A DNA stretch of 32,000 nucleotides, taken from contig NZ_CP042911.1 of assembly GCF_008065095.1 (NCBI RefSeq), forward strand, positions 4,860,001-4,892,000. Direction: 5' to 3'. Both the position numbers and the translations under genes were made by a program. This document shows positions 10,443-18,334 of the stretch, piece by piece; the stretch's first letter is position 1, and the number at the start of each line of letters is the position of its first letter. The notes under the pieces are model-generated. The model was not told the origin of the DNA and searched no databases. It saw only the letters and a program-made list of their open reading frames with translations. The DNA is from Gemmata obscuriglobus. GTDB taxonomy: Bacteria > Planctomycetota > Planctomycetia > Gemmatales > Gemmataceae.

Positions 10443-10815
10443 ATGAAGGGCTTTCTCCGATCCCGGCGTGCCGGCTTTACGCTCATTGAACTGTTGGTGG
10501 TTATTGCAATCATCGCCATCCTGATCGGTCTGCTCCTGCCGGCCGTTCAGAAGGTCCGCGAAGCCGCATCGCGCGGCGAAGTGTCAGAACAACTTGAAGC
10601 AAGTTGGGCTGGCGATGCACAACTTCCACGATGTCTATAACGGGTTCCCGGTGGAAGGGTCGACGCAGGGGGTAAGCTGGCCGATCCGCATCCTGCCGTA
10701 CATCGAGCAGGGTAACGTTTACAACTTGGTGTTCCCCCTGTTCCAGACCGCCATCAACACGGAGAAGACGGGTGGTGACGTTCTTTCCCTTCCGCCGGAA
10801 GTCTCGATGGGCTAG
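10443..10815 (+). pseudogene. DUF1559 / prepilin-type N-terminal methylation-domain protein, frameshifted and 3'-truncated by an IS
   Basis: [44 protein letters not shown] is the canonical type-IV-pilin-like leader of planctomycete DUF1559 proteins. The family-typical continuation [19 protein letters not shown]...[17 protein letters not shown] is in the +1 frame (track ORF 10594-10815). One extra nucleotide near 10575 (gcgcGgcg) separates the two frames. Family-like sequence stops at about 10768, where the IS1-like inverted repeat begins. Confidence 0.85.
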
Positions 10816-12048
10816 GATGATAGTACGCCCAGCCGAGTGCGGAGGGGTGTATGAGCGAGCGTAATTGGTCGACCTTCGCGTGCCCGAATCCGGCGTGCTC
10901 CGTGTACGGCCAGGTGGGTCAATCGAACCTGCGCCCGCACGGGTGGTCGAGCAAGCCGCGGGGCATCCGGTGCCTCCGTTGCACGGCCTGCGGGAAGAAC
11001 TTTTCGGAGCGCAAAGGGACGCCCCTGTTCGGCCTCCACATGAGCGACGAGAAGGCCCTGGACATCGCCCACCACTTGGTCGAGGGCAACGGCATGCGGC
11101 CCACGGGGCGCCTGTGCGGGGGCACCCTGAACACGGTGCTCCGGTTCGCCCGCAAGGCCGGGGACCACGCCCAACGGTTCCACGACCAGATGGTCCGGCA
11201 CGTCCAGCCGCAGCAGGTCCAAGCCGATGAGGCGTGGTCCTATGTGGGGAAAAAAAGACAAGAACTGTGATCCGGAGAACGCGGCCGATCGCCAACGCGG
11301 CAGTTGGTGGGACCACGTCATCCTGGACACCAGCAGCCGACTCATCGTGACCCTGGTGGTGGGGCGCCGGAACCTCGGAACGCTGGAATCGGCGTGGACC
11401 GACTTCGACGCGCGAACCGACGGCGGGTTGCCGGACCTGGTCACCACGGATGAGTACCCGGCGTATTCCACGGCCCTGCTCCGGACCTATGGGGTGCCCA
11501 AGGCCGCACTCGAATTGAGCGTCCGGGAGAAGAAGGCGTGTGACTTCGCGTCCCGGCCGGCGGTGTACTTCCCCGAGGAGATCAACCACGCGACGGTGCG
11601 CAAGGAGCGACAGGGCGGGCGCGTGGTGTCGATCGAGAAGCGGATCGTGCGGGGCACCCCGGAGGCCGTGGCCACGGCGCTGACGCGCGGATCGACACCA
11701 CCCACGATCAACGTGAGCTACGTGGAGCGGTGCCACGGCACCCAGCGGCACTTCAACGCCCGCAAGGCGCGCAAGGTGTACACGTTCTCCAAGGCGCTCG
11801 CGGTCACCTAGTTGTGCGTAGTGCGGTACAACTTCGGGTGGGCCGTCCGCACGCTCCGCCAGAAGACCCACGCGAACCCGCCTCGATACCGGCCCCGCAC
11901 CCCCGCGATGGTCGCCGGGATCACGGATCATCGATGGACGTTGGAAGAGATACTGACGCGACCATTGTTCCCGCCCAAGACCGCCGCAACAACGCAAACG
12001 CTCGCGAAAGCGGCTCTTGCAACGGAAGGTGAATGACGTCACCACCCG
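10769..12048 (+). mobile_element. IS1-family-like insertion sequence (about 1.28 kb), decayed
   Basis: Terminal inverted repeats: cgggtggtgacgt at 10769-10781 is the exact reverse complement of 12036-12048. The next 17 nt inward match at about 10 of 17 positions. The element encloses a zinc-finger plus DDE transposase. No target-site duplication is visible. Confidence 0.75.
10851..12036 (+). pseudogene. IS1-family transposase (InsA-like zinc finger plus InsB-like DDE) split by a +1 frame change and an in-frame TAG
   Basis: ORF1 (10851-11270) has CPNPAC...CLRCTACGKNF and ends ...QADEAWSYVGKKRQEL*. ORF2 (11227-11811) is in the +1 frame and continues ...GKKDKNCDPEN...VTTDEYPAY...VERCHGTQRHFNARKARKVYTFSK. 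The overlap contains an A7 run at 11250-11256. TAG at 11809-11811 is followed in the same frame by YNFGWAVRTL...TPAMVAGITDHRWTLEEIL (track ORF 11812-12036). Confidence 0.8.
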
Positions 12049-12303
12049 AACGCCCGACACGGCACGCGAAGCAGTAGGCGTTTCAGAAAACCCGCCGACT
12101 CAACGCACAGAACCACTCCGAGAAGTAAAATACGCACATCCGGTACGAACGCCTGCCACGAATTGGTGCCCGCGCAAGGCGTGGACGTATCGTCGTTTAC
12201 TGTGCACCGCGTTCACGTCTCTGGTGTCGCCCGTGGCCTGAACACGGGGCACCAAAGCGATAGGACGTGGCGCGAGTCGCCGTTTGTCTTCAAGGATCGC
12301 CGC

Positions 12304-15156
12304 GTGCGCCTGAGCCTCGTCGTTCTGATTTCGGCCGTTCTGTCTACCGGACCGGTGTATGGGGCGGACCCGGTGTGCGCCCTGCTGGACCCGGACAAGC
12401 ACCCGCGCGTGACCCTGTTGGAGGCCCGATTGCTCACGCAACCGGGCGCCACCTGGGTCGAGCGCACAGCGATCGATAAGGTGCTTAAGGAGCAGAAGCT
12501 TCAGGCCCTTCTTGCGCCACAAGGCGTCGGCGACCGGGTCCGGTTCGGCAAACTACTCAAAGCCGATTTGCTGGTCACCGTTCGACCGGTCACGGGGACC
12601 GGCGCAACCGCCCTCGAAGTGATCGTCAGCGAGACCGTGGGCGGGTTGCGGCTCGCGGCCAGCGCCGTGCCCGTAACCGGTGACGCCGATGCCGATGTTG
12701 CGGCGCTGCTCGCGGCGGTGCGGGCGGGCGTCGTGCGGCACGGCGAGAAGGTCACGCAGGTGGTGGCCGTTCCGCCGTTCGTCAGCAACGACCTGGAACA
12801 CACTCACGACCACATGCGCGGCGCACTGGCCAAACTGGCCGAGGCCGAAGCGCTCGGGCGGAAGGGCGTCGTGGTGGTGGAACTCGCCGAGGCCGAAGCG
12901 CTGGCGAAGGAGCTCGCCCTTGCGGCCCCGGGCACCAAACTCGAGCGCCCGGCCCCGGTCTACCTCTTGGGCGAGTACCGGCACCAGGGCCAGGGCAACG
13001 AACGGACGATCGCACTGAAGCTCCGCGCCGAGCGCGCCGGTAAACCGGTCGGCAAGTCGGAAACGTTCACGCTGAAGCGCGACGCGGTGGCGGCGGCCGT
13101 GCGCAAGTGGTCGGCGGGTGCGATCGACGCGGGGACCGACGGCCCCGGCCGACAGCCCGCCGCTCCCGCAGCCGAAGCCGCGCAGCTTGCGGCTCGCGCC
13201 AAAACGGCCCTCCGGCTCGGCTACTGGGAGGAGGCCGTCGCCCTAGCGGAAGCGGCGCTCCTCGTCGATCCGACGCAGATCGACCTCCACGTGTTTGTGA
13301 TGATCGCTCTCGGCGATCCGCTCCGCAAGATCCACTGGCACGAGCTGAGTTCCAGGACGGACGGCCTGAAGGCCTTTCGCCGGTTCCTGCTCCTGTACCG
13401 CCGCGGGCTCGAGCATTTGGAGGCGTTTATCGACGCCGGCGGCGACCCGTCTCGCCATACGATGCGGGGAACGGGAGTCGATCAGTTGTTCCTGTCGTAC
13501 TTCCGCGGTCAGGCCTACTACTTAAGAACCGAACTCGTCACGATGCACCTGCACGCCCCGGAGGGGCCGGCGCTACTTGAAGAGGCCCGGCAGTTCGAGC
13601 GCGCCTTGTTCGCCCGGCTTCTGAAAGCCCCTCAGGTCGCTAACGCGTCCCAGGACGTTCACCTGCAGTTCGTTGCCCCCCTCCTTCACAACCTGTCGGC
13701 CGCCGAGCAGTACGCCGTTGTCGAGCGCCTGCTCGCGGGCCTGCCCGACGCCCCCGCCTCGGCGGAAAAGGCGCGCTGGTACCTGATACTGGGGTTTGAT
13801 GCGTTCGACCAGCCCGAGCAGGGCCGGCCGGCGGTGTTCAGAACGGGGCCGGCTTACGAGGCGTTCAAATCTCGCGTCCTGAACGAGAAATTCCGGTTCG
13901 CGGCCGTGGCGAAAGACGAGCTGGCGCGCGCCGAAAAGCGAGAGGCGGATTCGAAGAAGTACCGGCCCCCTGCTCCAGCCACGACGAGCGCGAGAGACGT
14001 TCGCCTGACGGCTCTTAAACTGGAACTCCCGGTTCTCCCGAACCGGCCGGCGCGACCGCTCCTCGGGCTGGTGGCGGCCGGCCCGAATCTCGATGTGGCG
14101 TGGGACGGAATGGCCGTTTACGTCACGAAGGAGAAGGGGCAGTTCGAGCGACTGGCCCCATCCGCAACGTGGCCGAGCTTACCCGAGAGCGTTATTTTCG
14201 ACGGAAAGTACGTGTGGGCCTCGGGCATGGACGTGAACCCCAAGATCGGGGTCACCGGCTGGTTCTTGACGGCCACAGACCCAGTTGCGGGTAAGACCTG
14301 GAACCTGACGAAAACGGACGGGTTGCCCGCCCCACCCGCGCTGACCGAGGTTCAGTGGCGCAGTGAGCGCCCGCTGGCCATCGCGGCGCTGGGACCGGGG
14401 CGCGTGTGCGTTGCCGGCGCGGCAGGCCGCGCCTGGGTGGCGACGTTAACATTTAACCCCGCGACCGGCGGGACGGCTAAGGTGCTTCACGAAGCGCGAG
14501 AGGCTCCGGACCGGCTCGAGAAGGACCAGTGGAAAAAAACGAACGTGAAGTTCATGCCGGGGTCCGTCCGCGTCCTCACGGGCGCGTCCGCGGACGGCCA
14601 ACCGGTCACCCGCATCGTGGTGGGGCGGAGCATCGGCGACACCCCCGAGATCAGTGCGCGACCTCTGATCATTGATCCCGATCGAGCGACCACGGAAGTG
14701 GTACCCGACTTGCGAGTCCCGTCATTCGACCCGCGAGCCGGGAACCGCGGCAAAGGTCCTATGCTCAACGGAAAGCTGTTCTTTCAAGAACCGACCCTGT
14801 ACGGCGAGCAGCGGCTGATGCGGCTCACCGTTCCCGGTCCGGTGAGCGAAGTGGTCGCCACCGGTTTGCCGCGCAATGTTTGGTTCATTCACCCGGACGG
14901 CCAGCGGTTCCATGTGATCGAGCATGTGTTCATCCCCCCGCCTGCCGGCGCACAGGCCCCCGCACGCTGGACCTCCAACTGGTGGGTGGTGGAACCGGGA
15001 GCAACCCGCGCCCGGCTCGCCGCTTCGGGGCTGCCGCACATTAGCTGGGTCGGGACCAGTGCGCACTACGGGCTCGTTGCCCTGGGTGAGTCCGACGGCC
15101 CTGACCGCACAACGAACTTCTACAAGGTTGAGGTTGCCGCCCCGGCCGGTAAGTAA
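12304..15156 (+). CDS. Secreted 950-aa protein: two degenerate LpoB/CsgG/FlgO-like modules, a helical middle and a beta-rich C-terminal region; function unknown
   Basis: The track ORF 12163-15156 has no ATG before the signal peptide. GTG at 12304 gives (M)RLSLVVLISAVLSTGPVYG/ADP. The segment WVERTAIDKVLKEQKLQ...GKLLKADLLVTV resembles LVDRTDLKKTLEEQRLS...GQLIGARLIVTG of the kinase ectodomain. Strong GC3 codon bias throughout. Confidence 0.85.
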   Translation: MRLSLVVLISAVLSTGPVYGADPVCALLDPDKHPRVTLLEARLLTQPGATWVERTAIDKVLKEQKLQALLAPQGVGDRVRFGKLLKADLLVTVRPVTGTGATALEVIVSETVGGLRLAASAVPVTGDADADVAALLAAVRAGVVRHGEKVTQVVAVPPFVSNDLEHTHDHMRGALAKLAEAEALGRKGVVVVELAEAEALAKELALAAPGTKLERPAPVYLLGEYRHQGQGNERTIALKLRAERAGKPVGKSETFTLKRDAVAAAVRKWSAGAIDAGTDGPGRQPAAPAAEAAQLAARAKTALRLGYWEEAVALAEAALLVDPTQIDLHVFVMIALGDPLRKIHWHELSSRTDGLKAFRRFLLLYRRGLEHLEAFIDAGGDPSRHTMRGTGVDQLFLSYFRGQAYYLRTELVTMHLHAPEGPALLEEARQFERALFARLLKAPQVANASQDVHLQFVAPLLHNLSAAEQYAVVERLLAGLPDAPASAEKARWYLILGFDAFDQPEQGRPAVFRTGPAYEAFKSRVLNEKFRFAAVAKDELARAEKREADSKKYRPPAPATTSARDVRLTALKLELPVLPNRPARPLLGLVAAGPNLDVAWDGMAVYVTKEKGQFERLAPSATWPSLPESVIFDGKYVWASGMDVNPKIGVTGWFLTATDPVAGKTWNLTKTDGLPAPPALTEVQWRSERPLAIAALGPGRVCVAGAAGRAWVATLTFNPATGGTAKVLHEAREAPDRLEKDQWKKTNVKFMPGSVRVLTGASADGQPVTRIVVGRSIGDTPEISARPLIIDPDRATTEVVPDLRVPSFDPRAGNRGKGPMLNGKLFFQEPTLYGEQRLMRLTVPGPVSEVVATGLPRNVWFIHPDGQRFHVIEHVFIPPPAGAQAPARWTSNWWVVEPGATRARLAASGLPHISWVGTSAHYGLVALGESDGPDRTTNFYKVEVAAPAGK

Positions 15157-15244
15157 GCCGCTACCCTGGCACCTTTGCCAGGCCCCAGAGCCGGCCAACG
15201 CACTTGTAAGTTGAACCGGGAACGGGAAACCACCGAACTCAGTT

Positions 15245-15874
15245 ATGAACCCATCTCACGCGACGGGCGCGGACCCCGGGTCCACTCAGGCGGGCCTGAT
15301 CGCCGGCGTTCAGCAAGGCGACCCGAGCGCCTGGCGCCAGCTCACGGCCGTCTACGGCCCGCTCGTTTACGGATGGGCACGACGGGCCGGGCTCCACAAC
15401 GAGGACGCCGCCGACATCACGCAAGAGGTGTTCCGGTCGGTCGCCGCCCGCGCGTCGCGCTTCCAACACGGCCGCCCGGGCGACACCTTTCGCGGGTGGC
15501 TCTGGACCGTCACCCACAACAAGCTCCGCGACTTCTGGCGGCAGCGGGCCGTTCGCCCGCAAGCGGCCGGCGGGACCGACGCGCAGGACCGGTTACTGCT
15601 GATCGCCGAGAGCGGCTCCGACAGCCGGCCCGGGCTCGCGGCCGAATCGGAAGGGTTGCTCCGGCGGGCAATGGAACTGGTGCGGGCCGAGTTCGAGCCG
15701 CGGAGCTGGGACGCCTTCTGGCGCGCTGCCGTCGAGGGTCACCCCGGCGCGGACATCGCACGCGAGCTGGGGATGACCGTCAACGCCGTTTACATCGCCC
15801 GGTCCCGCATCCTGAACCGCCTCCGCGAGTTACTCGGCGAAGACTCCGCCGGAATCGGTGGGGCACCGCAGTGA
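15245..15874 (+). CDS. ECF-type sigma-70 family factor
   Basis: Region 2-like DAADITQEVFRSV...TFRGWLWTVTHNKLRDFWR and a region 4 helix-turn-helix GADIARELGMTVNAVYIARSRILNRLRE. About 209 aa, the usual ECF size. Confidence 0.9.
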   Translation: MNPSHATGADPGSTQAGLIAGVQQGDPSAWRQLTAVYGPLVYGWARRAGLHNEDAADITQEVFRSVAARASRFQHGRPGDTFRGWLWTVTHNKLRDFWRQRAVRPQAAGGTDAQDRLLLIAESGSDSRPGLAAESEGLLRRAMELVRAEFEPRSWDAFWRAAVEGHPGADIARELGMTVNAVYIARSRILNRLRELLGEDSAGIGGAPQ

Positions 15875-15980
15875 CGGACACTTCCGGCCGGAGTTATTAC
15901 GCTGCAAGAACGCGTGAAAGGTGAGGCCGTTATCTTGGTTGAGCGGTCACGGGAGCCGTACCTGTACCCCGGCAGCGATC

Positions 15981-18248
15981 ATGCGCCACGTTGCGATCAA
16001 CACCTGTTGCCCGGACCGCGAGATGTGGTCCAGCTTTTATGCGGGCATGGTGCCCGCCGGCGCGATCGACGGGCTCGTTGAACACCTGGACCACTGCCCG
16101 ACGTGTCAGGGCGTACTCCACGCCCTGGCCGGCGAGACGGTGGGGCAGGCCGACGCCCTGTTCGCGAACCTCCAAGGCACACCCGGCCAGGCGGACGCTT
16201 ACGAGGCCGAGGCGGAGTGCCGCCGGGCGGTGGAACGCGCCCAGTTGCTGGTTCCAGGGGAAGTGAGCGAGCCCGCCACCATAACGCTCCCGAGTCAACT
16301 AGGGGAATACCGGCTGCTCCGGCTGATCGGCCGCGGCGGCATGGGGAACGTGTACCGCGCCGTACATGTCCGGCTCGGTCGCGAGGTCGCACTCAAGGTC
16401 ATTCCACCGGAGCGGGTGCGGGACACGGCGCTGGCCCGGTTCCAGCGTGAGATGATCGCCCACGGGAAGCTCGACCACCCGAACGTCGTCCGAGCAACGG
16501 ACGCCGGAGAGGCGAACGGGACCGCGTTCCTGGTCATGGACCTGGTGGACGGGATCGACCTCGACGGGTTAGTCCGCGGCTGCGGCCCGCTACCGGTTGC
16601 GGACGCGTGCGCACTCGCGCGGCAGGCCGCGGCCGGGCTGCACCACTTGAGCGGTCACGGCCTCGTCCACCGCGACGTGAAGCCGTTGAACCTCATGCTC
16701 GACCGCGGGGGAACGGTCAAGGTGCTCGACCTGGGGCTCGCGGCCCGCACCGACCCGGCCCCCGTGGTAGCCGAGGCCAGTACGGCGGACACGGCGCTCA
16801 CCAGCGACGGACAAATTCTCGGCACGTTCGATTATTTGCCCCCAGAACAGGCGGCCCCGACCGGGACGGTCGACGCCCGGGCTGATGTGTACGGCCTGGG
16901 CTGCTCGTTGTACTTCCTGCTCACCGGCGCCGCCCCGTATGAAGGAACGGCGCACGCCACCCCGCGGAGCAAGGTTCTCGCCCACACCGTGGGGCCGGTG
17001 CCACAGGTCCGGAGCAGCCGCCCGGACGTGCCGGCGCCCCTCGCACGGGTTCTGTCGCGGATGCTGGCGAAAAACCCTGAACACCGGTTCCCGAGCGCCG
17101 ACGCTGCCGCCGAGGCGCTCGCGCCGTTCTGCGCGGGCGCCGATCCGGCGAGCCTCTTGCGCCGCGCGGGGTTCGAGCCGCTTCCGTCCGCCCCCCTTCC
17201 CTTACCGACCGCGGTCCGAGCCCCACGCGCCCGGCGGGCGTGGATCGCGGCCGGCGCGTTCGTCGCGCTTCTGCTCGCCGCCGGCACGCGTCAATGGCTA
17301 CCGTCCGCAACGGTCGCTCCCGCCGAGCCCCCGGCGCAACAAACCGAGCCGGCGAAACCGCCAGACCCGAAACGCGCCGCCGTTCGGGCCGTTCCGGTCG
17401 CGCTCTTGGGGTTCGACGAGCGCGGCGGGGCGGCCAGCGGGCTCGGCGGCGCCGTGAGCGACCTGCTGTTCGCAAAGCTGGTCGCGAAGCCCGGGTTTCA
17501 CCTCGTCGACCGCACGGACCTGAAGAAAACGCTTGAAGAGCAGCGGCTCAGCCTCTCGGGCGCGGTCAGCCCCACCGAGGCCGTCCGGGTCGGGCAGTTA
17601 ATCGGTGCCCGGCTGATCGTCACCGGCTCTGTGGTCCGGGCGGACGGGCGTCTTCACCTCGTTGCCAAGATCATCGGCACCGAGACCACACAGGTCACCG
17701 GGGCCGCTGTTGCGGGCGCGATCACCGAGGACCTGACGGCGCTCGTCGAGCGGTTGGCCGGCGCGGTCGAAGATGCGGTGAACCGGCACGGCGATCGGTT
17801 GCTCCCCGCGTCGGTTCCGGTCGCGGATCGGATCGCTGCGCTCAACAAACGGCTCGGGACCGCCCCCCGCCCGGGCGTCGGGGTGAGGACGACCGAGCGC
17901 GAGTTCGGGCTACCGGCCGCCGGCGCAGCGGCGCGAACGGAGATCACGAAATACGCAAAAGAAACGGGGTTCGAAGTAACGAGCCCGGACCGGGCGGCCG
18001 TGGTCATCACCGGCAATGCGTTCAGTGAGGTGATCGGCCGCGCCGAAGGCTTGGTGAGCGTGCGCGCGCGGGTGGAGCTGAAAGCAACGGACCGGAAAAC
18101 CGGCAAGATCCTGGCGGAGGACCGGCAAACTGCGATCGTGGTCGATTTGGCCGATTCGGTCGCCGCACACGCGGCGGTTCAAAGTGCCACCGCCGAACTC
18201 GTCGAGCGATTGCTACCCCGACTCGTCACCCCCGACCCGAAGCCGTAA
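15981..18248 (+). CDS. Membrane Ser/Thr protein kinase with an N-terminal anti-sigma-like zinc motif and a two-module extracytoplasmic domain
   Basis: ATG at 15981 (alternative GTG at 15921). HLDHCPTC (H-x3-C-x2-C) at 16083-16106. Hanks kinase motifs: GRGGMGNVY, VALKVI, HRDVKPLNLML, DLGLA, FDYLPPEQ. One TM span WIAAGAFVALLLAAG at about 17241-17290. The ectodomain from about 17391 begins VPVALLGFDERG. Confidence 0.9.
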   Translation: MRHVAINTCCPDREMWSSFYAGMVPAGAIDGLVEHLDHCPTCQGVLHALAGETVGQADALFANLQGTPGQADAYEAEAECRRAVERAQLLVPGEVSEPATITLPSQLGEYRLLRLIGRGGMGNVYRAVHVRLGREVALKVIPPERVRDTALARFQREMIAHGKLDHPNVVRATDAGEANGTAFLVMDLVDGIDLDGLVRGCGPLPVADACALARQAAAGLHHLSGHGLVHRDVKPLNLMLDRGGTVKVLDLGLAARTDPAPVVAEASTADTALTSDGQILGTFDYLPPEQAAPTGTVDARADVYGLGCSLYFLLTGAAPYEGTAHATPRSKVLAHTVGPVPQVRSSRPDVPAPLARVLSRMLAKNPEHRFPSADAAAEALAPFCAGADPASLLRRAGFEPLPSAPLPLPTAVRAPRARRAWIAAGAFVALLLAAGTRQWLPSATVAPAEPPAQQTEPAKPPDPKRAAVRAVPVALLGFDERGGAASGLGGAVSDLLFAKLVAKPGFHLVDRTDLKKTLEEQRLSLSGAVSPTEAVRVGQLIGARLIVTGSVVRADGRLHLVAKIIGTETTQVTGAAVAGAITEDLTALVERLAGAVEDAVNRHGDRLLPASVPVADRIAALNKRLGTAPRPGVGVRTTEREFGLPAAGAAARTEITKYAKETGFEVTSPDRAAVVITGNAFSEVIGRAEGLVSVRARVELKATDRKTGKILAEDRQTAIVVDLADSVAAHAAVQSATAELVERLLPRLVTPDPKP

Positions 18249-18334
18249 CGCCGAACCCGGACCGCGATTCTTATGCGCCCTCCTGAAGCACCCGTCCGGG
18301 GCGGGGAGGAACAACCCGAGTGGGAGACCGAACA

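Noticed and set aside
12049-12303. The missing 3' part of the DUF1559 gene downstream of the IS1-like element
   Set aside because: None of the three forward frames shows the conserved C-terminal DUF1559 features, for example the ...DGS-x-F... block. The region reads as an ordinary upstream region of the 950-aa gene.
15211-15240. ECF-type autoregulated promoter from the clustered GAAC motifs (ttGAACcggGAACgggaaaccaccGAACtc) upstream of the sigma gene
   Set aside because: The motifs end only 5 nt before the ATG, so a -35/-10 pair would require a leaderless transcript. No convincing CGT-type -10 follows at the right spacing. This is too speculative for a feature call.
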